Assembly (NCBI GenBank): GCA_013239625.1
Contig: MU057344.1
Coordinates: 1,552,276 to 1,616,275, forward strand
DNA: 64,000 nt
From: Lama guanicoe
Lineage: Eukaryota
Reading direction: 5' to 3'
Of the stretch, positions 9,818 to 23,260 are shown piece by piece. The translations under genes were made by a program, and so were the position numbers. The notes below the pieces were generated by a model. That model worked only from the letters and a program-made list of their open reading frames with translations. It did not search any database and was not told the DNA's origin. Each line of letters starts with the position of its first letter. Within the stretch, counting starts at the first letter, position 1.

Positions 9818-12800
9818 GAATCTTTCTTGACAGCAGGTCTTGTCAAGCTCAGGTGGAGAGAGCAGAAGGAGGGGGTGGGGTCAACCAAGAGGGCTGTCTC
9901 CATGGGAGGGCAGGATGGGGAACTGGTGTGCCAGGAGCAGCCTGGCTGCCCCACTGTCCTCCAGGCGGAGCTCTGGGCGGCAGGTGAGGCTGGGGAAGGG
10001 GCTCCCGAGGGATCCCACCCAAACAGCTGGCTGTCAGCACTGCCCTCCTCGGGTGGGGAGCTCCCTGGAGACTGCCCAGCGATATGGCCACCTTCCCAAG
10101 GGCATGGCAGTGATGGTCAAGGCTGGGGGGTCCCAGGCACTGATTGTCCGGGTCACGCCTGGACATTACTTGGGGGCACGCCTGACACCGTGCAGGGAGC
10201 CTTAGAGGGAAGGGGTTCCCGCGGAGTCACGTGGCAGGTTGGCACAGCACCGTGGGCCCAGGCGCAGGGCCACCCCCGCCCCCAGCATCCCTTTGCTGTG
10301 CCTGTTGGCCCTGCGCTTCACGCAACCAGCACGCACTGAGAGCAGGGCTGCGCCAGCCCCACTGCCCCCGGTGCACCCCCGGCAGCTAGAGCAGCCCCCG
10401 GCCCCCGTGGGCACTCCACCCCCGCTGCCCTGTCCTGTGGGCGACGGCCCAGCCCTCGGCTCTCCCAGGGGGATGGGGACCAGTAAGGCATAAATGTGAA
10501 ACTTGGCCTCCTCTGTCCATGCCCACACTGCCATCCGAGCCGTGGCTCTCAGGGTTACCCTCTGGGCTGACCCCACCTTCCCAAGGCAGGAAGCAAGTGG
10601 TGGGGACCCACACGCTGAGACCGAGCATCTGCAGTGCTGTTCGTTTATACGGAAAGATTTCCACTTCAAGTACGTGAAGAGCAGGATGGGAGGGGCGGCC
10701 CCTCTGGGGGCGGGCAGCTACTGGCCAGGCGGCTCCCTGGGGATCCCCAGCATGGCCTTGGCCGGCCCGTCGTCCACCCCCTCCGCGGGCCTCCCTCCCT
10801 ACTGGGTCAGACAAGCGTCCCAGACGTTGCAGGCCATAAAAGGTCCCCTGGGTCACGGGACAAGGGCGTGGCCCTCCCAGCCAGGCCTGCTTATCAAAGC
10901 TTCTCTCGAGTTGGGAATTTTTGTGGGCTGGTCACCCCCAGGTTAGGAATGTGCTCTCAGCGCGTCACAGGCCACCTCAGCCTCAGCCAAAAACCAGGGT
11001 GACATGGCCACTCACCACCCACCGAGGGGCAGTGGCCACGGAGGGTCCCCTGCAGGCCCGAGGCTGGTGCAGGGCACCCTCAATCCCCAGGCCCTGCTGG
11101 GCCCTGAGCTGCGGCTGGGTTTGCTGGGGTCCCGGGGCTGGATGAGAGGGTAGCCTGGGCGCACGGCAGGAGGCCCTGTGGGAACAGGGGAAGCCAGCAC
11201 CCTGGTGCTCCGTGGCCCCACCCTCCTCTCACATTATTTGGAGGTAGGGAATAAAACGGCCCGAAGGTGACGTTTAAATCAGCCAATAGGATGCACGTTG
11301 GTCTCAGCGGTGGTGTCTCCTCCTCCAAGTGGGAAGATGCTAAGACGAGTTGGCCCAGTCATTGTCACAGGAGTCAGCGGGCTGGTCCCTGCTCACCTGT
11401 GTGCCTGGCCCCCGTGCCAGGTACCACTGTGTTCCAGGGGGTCGGGGTGAAGCAGGTGCCAGCATCCAGCGGCAGCGCCTGGAGCACGTGTGGTTCCCGT
11501 CCCTAGCGCGGTCCTCAGCCCGGCTGCGCCCCCCCCCCCGCCCTGCCCAGCCGGCCAGGGCGGGGCCAGGCTCACCAGCCCGCAGCGGGCCCGGGAACCA
11601 CCTCTGTCTGACTTGCTGTCTGCTTTTCTGCCTTCTGGGCTAATGCCCAGTTTAATTGCACGTCCCATTGTGTCATCCCTGTTCAATCATGTTCGAAAAT
11701 GCCTACATCCACTCCTTTCCCATTTAGATCTTTCTAAAGTCCACTCTGGCTTATCAGCGCCTTCATTGCTCGAGCGGAGCTGAGATCCCTGCCATTCAGG
11801 CCTGAGGCATTGTCTGTCCCCGCGGCAGCGGAGATAAACCCTCACCCAGAACAAAGTCGCACTGACCTTTTACAAGTAGAAGCGGCCTTGTTTCCCTCTA
11901 GACTAATTTATCAGCCTTCCTTTCAGCCCAGCACTCAGCGAGGCCGGGAGAGCACTGCCAAGAGCGGGGGTGGCCAGGGACTCGGACGCCTGGCTGCTTC
12001 GTTCTCGCCGCCGCCTTGGGGTTCGCGGGGTGCGCGCGTCCGTGGCCGTGGGGAAGGAAGGGGCACGCCTGGAAGGCAGAGCCAGGTGCTCGCCAGGGAG
12101 ACTGGGGCCTGCAAGTAGCTGAGCCCCCTCCCCTGGCCTCCTTCAAGGCAGAAGCAAAGCCCTGTGGCAAAGCCTGAGCCAGACTGGACTCGCTGAAGAT
12201 GATGATAACGAAACGGCCCGCAGCCCCAGGGCCCCCAGGGGAGGCCGCTGAGCCCCGGAACAGCCGCTCTCAGGTTTGCCCGCCTCCCGGCACCAGGCTC
12301 CCCTGGCAGGAAGCTGGGAGGAGAGGCCGCTCCTGGGCCAGACCCCACACGAGTCAACACAGGGAGCACCTTGCGGCTGAGGACCTGCCCAGGAGGGCCC
12401 TTCTAGAAGTTTCCGGTTGCCCTGGCTCCCAGAGCTTGATTCACACTGGAATAGCCCGTGGAGCGGACCTTAAGGAGCCTCACGTGTGTGAAGACCCAGA
12501 GGGGCCAAGAGGCACGCGTGACCCTCGCCCAGGGGTGCTCCTCGTTCGGCCGGCTGAGCCGGCTCAGCCCAGGGCGCGCCAGGGCATGCGACCTCGCGGG
12601 GCAGCCCTTGTGGTGCTGGTGTGGGCACTGGCCCCGGGGTGGCCCCTGCAGGGAACCCCTGCCTCTCGCCCCACTCCTGGGGCTCCCAGCCCCAGACGGG
12701 CCCTGGGCCGTCCCCTGGACGCAGGGATGGTGGTGACAGCGATGGCAGCAGGGGACCCTGGGAGGCGGTGGCGACCAGAGGGCGGTCCCGGCCCCGAAGG

Positions 12801-15099
12801 TCAAGGCTGGCGAGGAGAATGCTCTGGGATGTCACGGGGGCCCGGAGGCCGTTGCTGGGGACTGGCAGGCACTGGAGGCGGCCCACGCCCTGCACCAGCC
12901 CAGCAGGCAGGGCGGCAGGGCACTGCACCGTCCCCCTGCGGAGGCCACGGGGACCCTGTCTCAAGTCTGAGATCCCAGAGGCGGCTGGCGCCCTCAGGGC
13001 TGGTGCCGCGGCCCCCTCCTGCCTCTCCCGCGCTCTCCCCGGGAGGTTTGGAGGCTCCAGGCCTCCCGGGTTCAGCTGGGGGCTGAGCCCTCGAACCTCC
13101 TTGGCACAGTGCTAGATCCTGGGGTGTCAGACTGCCCCCAAATTAAAGATGGCGCCCTGCAAGTTCATCTCTTCACACAGGCTGGGGGCTTGCTTCTGTC
13201 CTTCCAGCAGGGACCCCAGGTAATGACTCCCTCTCCGAGGTCCCGTTGCCGCCCAGCTGTGCAGCCAGGTGTCCCCCAGGAGGGGGGCTGCCATGCTGCA
13301 GGAGGCTGGAGGTTCTGTGGACCCACCAAAGTCTTCCATCGGGGGTGCTCCTGCAGACTCAGGGTACAGTAAGGAGAGATGTGGAGGTCGTCCGCAGATC
13401 TGAAGAACCGCTCAGGTTTCCTCGACGCTGTGCTGGGCTCCCCCGAAAACGCAGTGGGGGCTCGGGTGTTTGTCCGGCCCTCAGCCAGCCCGGTCAGGGG
13501 CTCCAGAAGGAAAGTCCCCAAGGAGGGGACTGCCGAGAGGCTCATTTTCACACCCTCTACTGGCCCCAAACCTCCCACCAAAAGATGCCACCTGCAGCCT
13601 TTGGGCACAGACTTCAGTCCTGACGCAGCGTGGACGGGAGAGGGTGAGAGACCGGCAAGAGGCTGGGGCGGGGGGAGGATGGCAGGTGGGGGCCTGAGCG
13701 AGGGCTCAGGGAAGGCAGCTGAAGTTGCAGGAACCTCACTGCCTTCGTTTGAGGAAAGAGAGAACAAAGAGGTCCGTTTTGCATTTTGACAGAAGCCTTC
13801 AAACACCATTAATAACGTCATGGGGCTGCCATGCTGAAGGAAAGCTACTTCCCTTTCTGGGACGCCTGCATCGTGTGGGCACGACTTCCGCAGAGCTGAC
13901 TTGAGAGCCCCTCCGGGGACAGAGGGCTCGCAGCCCCAGGGCTGAGCAGTGCACTTTCCGGCCCTCCAGGAACCAGCCTGGACGTTCGGGAGAGCAGCCC
14001 AGCCGGGGGCCGGCCCTGCCCCCCGCCTCGGGGAGAGGCTGGGTCGCCAGCTGAGCTCCCAGCCCCTGGTGTCTCAGCACCTCCTGCCGCCCCCCCCCCC
14101 CGGTGAGGCCTGCAGCCAGGCCTGGGGACCAGCTCCCGATGAGTCAGACTGGCCACCACCAGGGCTTGTGACTCAGCGCCGAGGACATGGGATGACCACT
14201 CGGAGCACCCGACCCTCGAAGGGCCTCGCGGGGCCAAGGGAAGTGGAGTGTCTAGTTTCTAGTGACACGCTGGCGGCCCCGGGCTCCCGATGTCAACCGA
14301 GCTTGCTTCCCTCAGCCAGACACACAGTCCAGAAATGAGCCGAGTTCCGCCCCAGCCCCGTCTGGAGAGGCTCCCGCCGAAACCCACGGCCCACTGACAG
14401 CCCGAGGACGACACCGGACTCCCTGGGTCTGAGGGTCGGTCTTGGACTGACGTCCTTGCTTAATCCTACTTGGAATCTAAAATGCGTCCAAGATGGGGTG
14501 ACCCCAAACAGTGGGCCAGTCAGGCTCCTGCCGTCCGTCCCAGGGCCGCACGTCGCCCAGCGCCCTCCCAGCCCCGGGATAGAGGATGCAGAATCTCCGG
14601 CTGGACCAACTGGATGGAGAACGGCCTGCCCCAGGTCAGCACCTGCCTCCACCCTTTAACGAGTGGCTTCCGGACCCTCCCGAGAGGATGCGCTGATTAC
14701 AGAGGATGCCCGCCTGCGGGCCTGGAGCCCAGCCCAGGCCCAGCGCCCCGTCTTCCTCCCTTTAGACACGTCTGCTCGGATTCTCAGAAGCCATGCGTCC
14801 CCAGAGCAGGATGCCTGGTCCTCGGGGGCACAGCTGTACTCAGCCAGCCCCTCCAGTGCCCTGTGCTCCGGGCTGCCTCAGGGAGGGAGTGCACGTCCCC
14901 GGGGCGGGCGTCCCTCCAGTCCCCGGAGGCAGAGGCTGAGCAGCTGCCGCCTCTCCAGGTGGAGCCATCCTCCGGGGGTGCTGCTCCCAGTACCCGGCCC
15001 CTCCCAGTGTCCAGGCTTCCCAGCTCCAGGAGCCCACACGTTCCCTGGAGATGGCTCCCCTGGGGCTGTTGTGCTGCCCCCACTTCACATCTGGGACAC

Positions 15100-15170
15100 C
15101 CTCCTCTCCATTTTCCATGAAGGGAAACTGAGTGCCAGGGAGGCCGACGATGTTGCTGACGGAGCAGCTG
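15100..15170 (-). mobile_element. MIR core fragment
   Basis: ccattttccatgaagggaaactgagtgccagggagg resembles the reverse MIR core (CCCATTTTACAGATGAGGAAACTGAGGCTCAGAGAGG). Confidence 0.55.
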
Positions 15171-15629
15171 CAACCCAACAGGTCGGACTCCTGCTCCAAA
15201 CCAGGGCCCCGCTCACTCCCCTCGTTTCCAGGAAAGGAGCAGGTCCCTTCTGCTGGGAGCCCCTGGAGAGACGTGGGAAGATGCTGGAGGTGCTCAGAGA
15301 CGCTGGAGGAGCTGGGAGACGCAGGGAGACGCTGGCAAGGCTGCCCTGCCAGTTCCTTGGTGCCTCGGGAGTCGGGGCAATTTAGAGCCTTTGTCTTAAA
15401 GTGCCTCAAAATCCCAGAGAGCCAAGACCCGCCGTGGTGTTACCTGTCAATGCCTGTTAACACCTGTTAACGCCGAGTAGGCGACGGACGGAATGGTCAC
15501 TGCCAGCCTTTTTTGTTTGGTCCTTTTAAGCGTCATATAAATTCATGAAGGTTCCTGAGATGCAAAGGCAGAGACTAAGATGTTTGTGTCACGGGGCCGG
15601 GGCCATGCCGCGGACAAAGACCGAGCAAC

Positions 15630-15665
15630 CACCCCATCTCTGAGCCTCAGTTTCCCCGTGGGTTA
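15630..15665 (+). mobile_element. MIR core fragment
   Basis: tctctgagcctcagtttcccc matches the MIR core. Confidence 0.55.
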
Positions 15666-16509
15666 GGCAAGCGCTGCAGGGAGTTGCCCTGAAGGCACCT
15701 GATTTGAGCACTCTGATCTTCAAGAGCTGGAGAGAGATTTCTTGGATGGATCTGAGGGAAAAAGTGGATAACTTTTCCCTGGGCTTCCCTCCACCCCCAC
15801 CCTGGTCATTGCAATTTCCGTACAAGCGTTTCTTTCTCTTTCCACTGTGAGCTGAAATGCAAGTGAGTCTTCCAAGCCATGTGAGCCGCCTTGCTCGAGG
15901 ACACAAATGTGCCCGTTCAGAAACACGAAACACCTACCCCCAGCGCTTTCAAAACAGGCCCCGTGGGCCTAGGACGGCGACCTGCGCGTTTCAGCATTCC
16001 CGGGAAGGTCGGCTCCCAGTGACAGGCCAGGTGGGCGCAGCCTCTGTGCTGAAGGGTCCACGTGGGACCCTTGGGCGGCTCCTGACTGAGCACTTGGCCT
16101 GTGGTCTCTCTTCACAGAAGCTCTGCTCCCCTGGACAGGCTGCCCCTTCTCTGACGGGCTAACCGGCCTCGAAGCCACCGAGATCAATGGAAGCAAGCAC
16201 CCCCCGGCTCCCTGCTGGTGCAGAAGCTGCGTCCAGTCTGCTCACTGCTTTTCCGCAGGAAGTCACGCTGAAGGGGGAGCCAGGGGTCTTCGGCAAGAAT
16301 CCCTCAGATGGCTCCCTCCAGCTCCTACGATCCTGGGTTTAGTAAATGATGAGGCATTTTGAAAAGAATGACGTTACCGCCCAAATGGCCTTGGTGAGTT
16401 CTCTTTCCATGGCCATTTTCAAATAAGCCAGTTAAGGGGAGGAAATCGGTTGATGGGCAGTGGAAGGATCGGAACACAGTGCACACGGCAGAGCAAGGAG
16501 GCTGCTGCA

Positions 16510-16931
16510 CCCGGAGTGACCTGCGCTGGGTCCCCGCCAAGCTCCAGCCGCCGGGCAGCTTCAGCCAGACACGCTCTCAGTCTGGAGGCTGGAAGCCCGG
16601 AACCAAGGTGTCGGCAGCACCTCGCTCCCTTCGCAGCCTCCCGGGGAGCATCTGTCCGCGGCCTCCCTCCGGGCCTTGGCGGTTTGCTGGGCGTGTGGAC
16701 ATGCTTACTGGCACACCACCCCAAGACCCCTGCCTGCAGCTTCACGCACACTGTCCCCATCTGCATGTCTGTGTCCAGTCATATTGCATGGGGTCTCACC
16801 TACCCTGGTGTGACCTCCTCTGAATGAATTACAGCTGTAAGGGTGCTGCTTCCACATCAGGTCACGTTAGGAGGTACTGGGGGTTAGGACTTCAGCAGAT
16901 GAACCAGGGGGACGCTGTTCAACCCGGAACA
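16510..16931 (-). mobile_element. MLT1 (MaLR) solo LTR, MLT1B/C-like
   Basis: Diagnostic blocks: tctggaggctggaagccc…aaggtgtcggcag, ccagtcatattg, tgacctc, aggtactgggggttaggacttcagca and the terminal caaccc…aaca. Confidence 0.85.
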
Positions 16932-17304
16932 GACCCTCGGAGATCAAACACCTGGGTTGAGCCATTCCTGGGGGCCGCAGCTGGCCAAGCTGGTGGTGGC
17001 ACACACCTGGTCCTGGTGTCCCTGCATGGAGGCTGGCGCCCAAGGCCTCCTGGCCAGGTGTCCTCCTGGGACACCAAGAGGGGCCGTGCGGGACTGGGAG
17101 CGTGGGGGTGGGGACCCAGGGGGCCATTAGTTCCTGACCACCTTGCTCACCTGGTCAGTGCTCAGGGACCTCTCCAGGCCCTGCATTTTCAGCCGATTTC
17201 AGTGTCTTCCACGTGAAGATGATAGCTGTGAAGTCGACACTGGAACTGGGTTGACCCCTCTCTGCCCCGCCCCGCCCCTGCTGCCTTCCCCTGCGCCCCA
17301 GGGG

Positions 17305-17342
17305 GTGTGTGTGCGTGTGTGCGTGCATGTGTGTGCGCGCGC
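17305..17342. repeat. (TG)n imperfect microsatellite
   Basis: gtgtgtgtgcgtgtgtgcgtgcatgtgtgtgcgcgcgc. Confidence 0.8.
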
Positions 17343-18559
17343 TCTGTGAACCTGCACAGAAAAGCCCCGAGGGAACGTGGGTCCCGCCCGCTCCCTGCCC
17401 GCCTTTGGACCTGTTTTCTTCAAGTGGGAGAAATTGGGTTGGGGGTAAAACATGTAGTGTCGACACTTCGGAGGGATGTGGTCGTCGGGACCGGAGTGGT
17501 ACAAGACCCCAGACTGGCCCCTACACCCTGAGGCGGCAGTTAGAGGAGAAACTGGCCCTGAGGGAGACAGAGGCACCGGGAGCGTCTGAAGTCCTCAGAG
17601 CCTGGCCCGGCCCGGAGGGGCCAGCGGGGGTGCGGTGTGGGATGCGCAGGCCGGCTGCCTGGTCTTGCCGCTCTCGGCAAGGCCGGTGCCGGCTCTGGAA
17701 GGCTGTGTGTGTCTGTCTCCACCCTGGCCGACCAGGCACCGACCTTGCTCTCCCCCGAAGGCCCTCGGGAGTCCAGCTCAAAAGGAAACGGTTAAAAACG
17801 GCCGGCCGGCAGGAAGGAGTGGAGAGGGACAGAGGGCCCAGCGGTTGGCTAATTGGAGAGCGGACCCGGCCGGGGGGAAGGCTGCGCCCCAGACAATGTG
17901 CCCCCGAGCCAGGCGCTGGGAAGGCGCGGTGGGATTGTTACCGAATTAGCTGAAGTCAGAGCCCCCCTGAATGCGGGAAAGAAGGAAGGGGAAATGAAGG
18001 CCCGGCTATAATGCGGCCTCAGTGAGGAGCCCCATTCACTGCCTGTGAAAGGCTCGGCCCCCTTTCTTGGGGAGGGGCTGGGCCGGCTCACTTTTGTTTG
18101 GCTGGGGGCGGGGGCGGCTGCCGGACGATATACTTACCTACAGCCAGTGACCGGAGGGGACGGGAGAATGGGGCGTTGAAAGCAATCCCCAGTGCCAGCA
18201 GTGGGATGACAGCAGACACAATTGCCGGGCACTTGTCAAGGGGCTCCCGAGAGCGCCTCGCCTGCAGCTTTCCGGGACCGCGGGCCGTGTCGCCCGGGGT
18301 AGCCGGGCCCTGCCCGCCAGGGAGCCCCGTCTCCCATGAGGTCGTCTGATTTTTCTACCTCCACTTAAAAGTTGGACATTTCAGGTGTGCTTTGGTGGCT
18401 GGTTGTGTATGAAAGAAATATATCCTCATAGCTGAATTAGAGAACAGTGTTACGAGAAGTGGCCATCCAACCTGGGAGACAGAGAAGCGGACCGGCCAGG
18501 GACCTGACTGCCCCCCCAAAGGGGAGCATGCAGGTTATGTAAAAAAATAGCCTTCACAA

Positions 18560-18592
18560 AGTGCTATGCTCAGTAAATATTTGTTGAATTCA
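18560..18592 (+). mobile_element. L2 3' terminal fragment
   Basis: gctcagtaaatatttgttgaat matches the L2 tail GCTCAATAAATATTTGTTGAATG. Confidence 0.55.
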
Positions 18593-21214
18593 CACATTAA
18601 TTAATTTTCCAGATGAGATTTTCCTAATCCGTTTTTTAAAGAGAATAAGGATTAGGAGCGGGCGGGGTCTGACTCCGAGGCGGGCCCAGTGGCGATGAAA
18701 GGGGCCTGGTGTGTGTGAGGTTCGGGGGCCGGGGCGCCCCCGGGAGCCGCGGACAGGCGCTCCTGGCTGGCCCGGCCCCGAGGAATTGCCCGCCTGGCGT
18801 AGCTGACTTGCTATTCAGAGCCCCCCCCACGGCGAGGGGAGCCGGCTGCCCCTTTGCCCACCCTGCCCTCCGAGTGTGGGCAGCATGTGCCGGATTAACG
18901 GCCGGAATCTCCAGGTCCCGCACAGTTAACCCTCTCAGGCGGGGAGGGGTCTGAATGCCCAGGGGACTCAAAGAGCCCCAACTCCAGACTCCAGGACTTG
19001 GCAGAGAGCAGCGGGGGCAGTGCGTGCCCTCCGCCCCGACCTGGCCCAGCGCTGCCCCAACCAGCCGCTTCATGATGGTCCGATTTCCCCAGAGGTTCCT
19101 GCGAGTCGGAGACGGGTTAGCTGCGCCCCAGCTCGTCCCCATTACCAACAGCACTGAGTGGCACTGCTTCACCACTTCCCTCAGCCAGTGGCAGAGTCAC
19201 AGAGCTGGCAGTGGTGGCCTTCGAGCGCCCACTGACCCCCATGGGCCTGGCCCCTCTCCTGTGTCGACCCGGTAGGGCTGGCCTGTGAGCGTGAGGGGAT
19301 CCCAGCGTGTCTGCGCCCGAAAGTAGGCATTCGGGATGGAAACGGGCTGTCAGTGCTGTAGCTTTGTTTTGGGGCCCCGCTGGGAGCCCGGCCGTGCCAC
19401 TGCTCCCTGGGGGCCTCATGTCCCTCCTGTCCACCAGGCCTGCCCGGTGCCCAGGCAGGAACAGAGCCTGTGTCCTTAGACCACACGTCCTGGCCCTTTC
19501 GAGGTGTCGCTGGGCTGAGCCGAACACCCCCTGTTCTGGAGCCTTCGTGAGCTCCTCACCACAGAACTGTGGCTGAGCACAAGCGGTTTGGCGGGCTCTG
19601 ACTTGACCGTGTAGGTTTATCCAGGCGCTGGGGAGAGACCACAGCCATGCGCGCACCCCAGGCTGAGCCAGGCCGTTTCCAGGAGCGGCCGCTGGGTGGG
19701 CGCGGATCTGTGCCCTTCGGGCTGGGTAAGCACATTTACTCACAACGAGGCCCCCAGGGGTCCCGTGGCAGGTCTGGCACGGGGAGTGGGGGGAGGACCG
19801 TCCAGCAGGCAGCCCGCACGGTGCGTCTGAGGGCAGACGCGGGGCTCCTGACCCCCAGGAGGAAAGCGCTTCGGGGCCCTGGGGGCAGAGACCTGGATGC
19901 CAGACGAGATGGCAGTTGCACGATTTACTTTTCCTGCGGATCATAAATCTGTTCCCCGAGCAGCGGTAAGGAAATTTCTCCCTGGGAGGCCGGATGATTG
20001 GAGTTAGGGACGAGGTCCTGGGGCCTGATGAAGGGAACATGCCTTTACGAAGGTCTCCAGAAATGGTGTTTGGGTGAGTGAATGCGAGACACAGCCTGGT
20101 CTCACACAAGCCCCGGTCACAGAGACAGAAGGAGAAGGGAGCAGCTCGCGTCTCCCCGACGGGGCTCCTCTGCAGGGGTGCCGCGGGCCTGGTGTCTGGT
20201 CCTGGAAGCGAGGACCCGTCCGAGAGGCTGAGCCAGCCGGCACTGGGGGGCAGAGAGACCACACGCCTGCACGTCTCACCGTGAGCCAGCTTCCGGGAAG
20301 GCCCGGGAGAAACAGGCCAAGTCGGGACCCAGAGCCTGAAGCACCGTCGCGGGTGGAGGCAGCCGTCAGCAGGCGGGCACGTCCATAGGCGCCAGTGCGC
20401 CAGCCCCGCTGCTTGCGTCTCTGAAAGAGCTTCCCAGAGAGAGTTCTAGCCAGCGCTTTTAGCCCCTTCTTATGGCTTGAAAGGAAATTCGCAACCACAA
20501 AGCGCAGTCATTTAATTAAGTCCACCAGTCCAAGCGTCCCTGCTGTGCGAGCTCCCTGGACATCAGGGCCTGACCTGTTTCCTTTCTAGCAGCAAGTTTT
20601 ATGATCTTAACGCCCTTGGCATCTGCTCGCGGCAAAGATACCTGAAGCTTTGCTCCCGGGGAGGCCCTGGCACTGCCGTGGACAGTTCCAAAGAGGAAGC
20701 AAAGTGCGTCTGAGGTTCAGAGGCGCTGGGCAGAGCTGACGCAGGCGAGGACGCGGTCTAAGGCAGTCGCCCTTAGACGGGGTCACGATCCCTGCCGTGG
20801 GCGGCGGGACCTGAGAGGCCCTTTGCCCAACTCCGAGCGGCCCGAGACCCGGTCCCTGCCACGGGTCTGAATCCTGGCTCTGCCGCCTGTTACTTCGGCG
20901 GCTGTGAAAAGGTCGCCTCCCCCCACCGCCCGCCACGCAGTGCCTCAGCAAGCCCGACAGAAGTGGTCCCGGCCCTCGGGCTGCTGTAACAGTGGAGTCA
21001 GAACACGGGGGAGCAGCCGGCTCAGGGCCTGTCCACTGTGGCCTGCGGTCTGAGGGCCAGTCCCTCTGCAGCCTGTGAGGGGCCCACAGTCACAGCCAGA
21101 CTGTCTGCCTCAGGGGTGTCAGCCCCACGGAGCCACGGGGGGAAGTGACCCCCACAAAGGCATTTCTGTGGACCCATGCGGCCTGGGACTCTGCAGTGGG
21201 TACCGTCCTGGGCA

Positions 21215-21320
21215 AGGCCAGATGCTAGTAACACGCCCTCCCCAGCTGTGACAACCAGGTGTCTCCAGATGTTACCGACATCCCCTGGGCGGCAGGGCCC
21301 CCCGACTGAGAGCCACGGGA
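21215..21320 (-). mobile_element. MER20 (hAT-Charlie DNA transposon) fragment
   Basis: agatgctagtaacac…ccagctgtgacaacca…tgtctccagatgttacc…tcccctggg…tgagagccac follows the reverse MER20 consensus up to its terminal repeat. Confidence 0.75.
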
Positions 21321-23189
21321 CCTAAGTAGGAGCCTGGGACCCCCCACTTTTCTGACTTCTTTCTCTGAAACAGTTCCTGTCATGCCTCCAAGATCTTTAG
21401 AGTCCTGGTCTGCTCTGCCACTATCAGGCACCCAGGGAAGCTGCGAGGCCTGCAGGAGGCTGGGGTGCTCGGGTCCTGGCTGAGTCTGGCTCTGCCCTGA
21501 CGCGGCGCCTCTGGCCCCACCCCACACTCGCCCTCCAGAGACCCCTGTGTGCGTGTCCTTGCTCGGCGGCCCGGAGCTAGGGGGTGGCACTGCCGGTGGG
21601 CTCAGGACCAGGCTGGGGGTCTCACCCACACAGCCTCTGTCCTGGGCTTCACCTGCTCTTTATTCAGAGGGTCTGGCCTGAATGAGCCGCCATTTAGAGG
21701 CCCCCCAGGTTTGTCCTGAGGCTGCAGGGCAGGCATCCAGGAGACCCCAGCTGAGACGTGGAAAGAGCCCCCTCTGTGGCCTTCTGCCTGGCCCTGAAGG
21801 GGACGAGCTTGTGAACCAGCCGCTGGCCCTTGAGGGGCAGCTCCCGCCCATCCAAACCCAGGGGTGTGCAAGGCCAGGAGGCAGGGGAGGGCCTCCGATG
21901 GAACGAGGGAACGTGGCCTGCGTGGGTGGGCTGGACTCCACCGTGGCTGCCCCGCCAGGACCCCTACACGGAGGTGGAAGTTCTCGGTGGACACAAGGAG
22001 CCGGCATGCTCCTCACAGAACTGGTTTTGCGTTCGCACTCTCACGCAGGGTGAGGGAGGCACTGCCACGCCAGGGGGTGACGTACTCCAGGCCTTCTTGT
22101 GCTTGGGGGTGGGGTTGGGGGAGAAGCCGGGGAAGTAAATGCAGGAATCCACCCACTCAAGGGCGCTGGAATCCCTCTGACTCAGAAGGGGACGCTGGGG
22201 GCTATGCTCGCTGGGGACTGTCCCACAAGTGGCATCATGGTGGCCTTTGAATGGCTTAGTCCAAAATGTGGGGAAGTTTTGTTTCCAGTGACGAGAAAAA
22301 TTATTCAGTGATCTGGTAAAGGCTCGCACCTGGGGAGGACACAGAGAAGAAGACGAGGACATGAACTGAAACCTAGATTGGGATTTACCAGGCATGGTCA
22401 CGCTTCAAACCACAGTCTAGGTGACACCCCACATTCGACCGCAGAGAATGCAGCTCCACTGTGTCCGGCTCCCAGGTCCCGAAAGGGCTGTCCCCATCTC
22501 CACACCTGCCCCATCAGGACCTTGGACGGGCCGGAGCCAGCCCGGGCTCCCTTCTCCTGGGCGGTTTGTGGAAGCGATACCGTTGTGCGTGGAACTGGCT
22601 GCGTTCCCTCTGCGCGTGTCCACTGGCCGCGCCACAGTTGCCTCAACCCCGCCTCCCCGGGCGGGGCCCTCCCTGAGTTCTGGGCCATGGGTGTGTCTCT
22701 TGGCCAAGGACTGGCTCTAGAATTTTCCAAACTGGCAGAATAAGAGGGTCTGGCTGAGGCTGATATTCTGGGGCAGTGGAGCAGGGAGCTGCAACCAGCC
22801 ACCTTCTGACCCTCCAAGGCCGAGTGGTCCCGAAAGGTCCTCTGTCACCGCTCCCCGTACCAGTGCCTTCGCCGAGTCCTTGGTCACGTGGGCAGCAGTG
22901 CAGTGCTTTCTTGAGACATTTGCAAGAAGGGCCTTTGGCACTTCCGGCTCCTTTTCTTTCTCAATTACAGAAAATCAGCCATTTTTAGTATCATCTTATT
23001 TTTAAAAAGTAACCCGGCTGAGACTGTCTAGAGGGCGACTATATTGAATTATTCAAGCAGAAATCGTGTGCTATGTGCTGTGTGTACACCTGCAGTTAAA
23101 TCCCGGTGTTGTGGGTTTGCAGATGATTGGACAGGCTTCCAGGTGGCACCGTCTCTGTGACCCGTGCAGCTTGGAGCTGCTGCCCTGGG

Positions 23190-23260
23190 GAACGTTCTCC
23201 CTGTTGCAGAGGGGAAACTGAGGCTCAGGCTCAGACTCCAGCCCCCAGACCAGAGCCCAG
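23190..23260 (-). mobile_element. MIR core fragment
   Basis: ttgcagaggggaaactgaggctcag. Confidence 0.55.
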
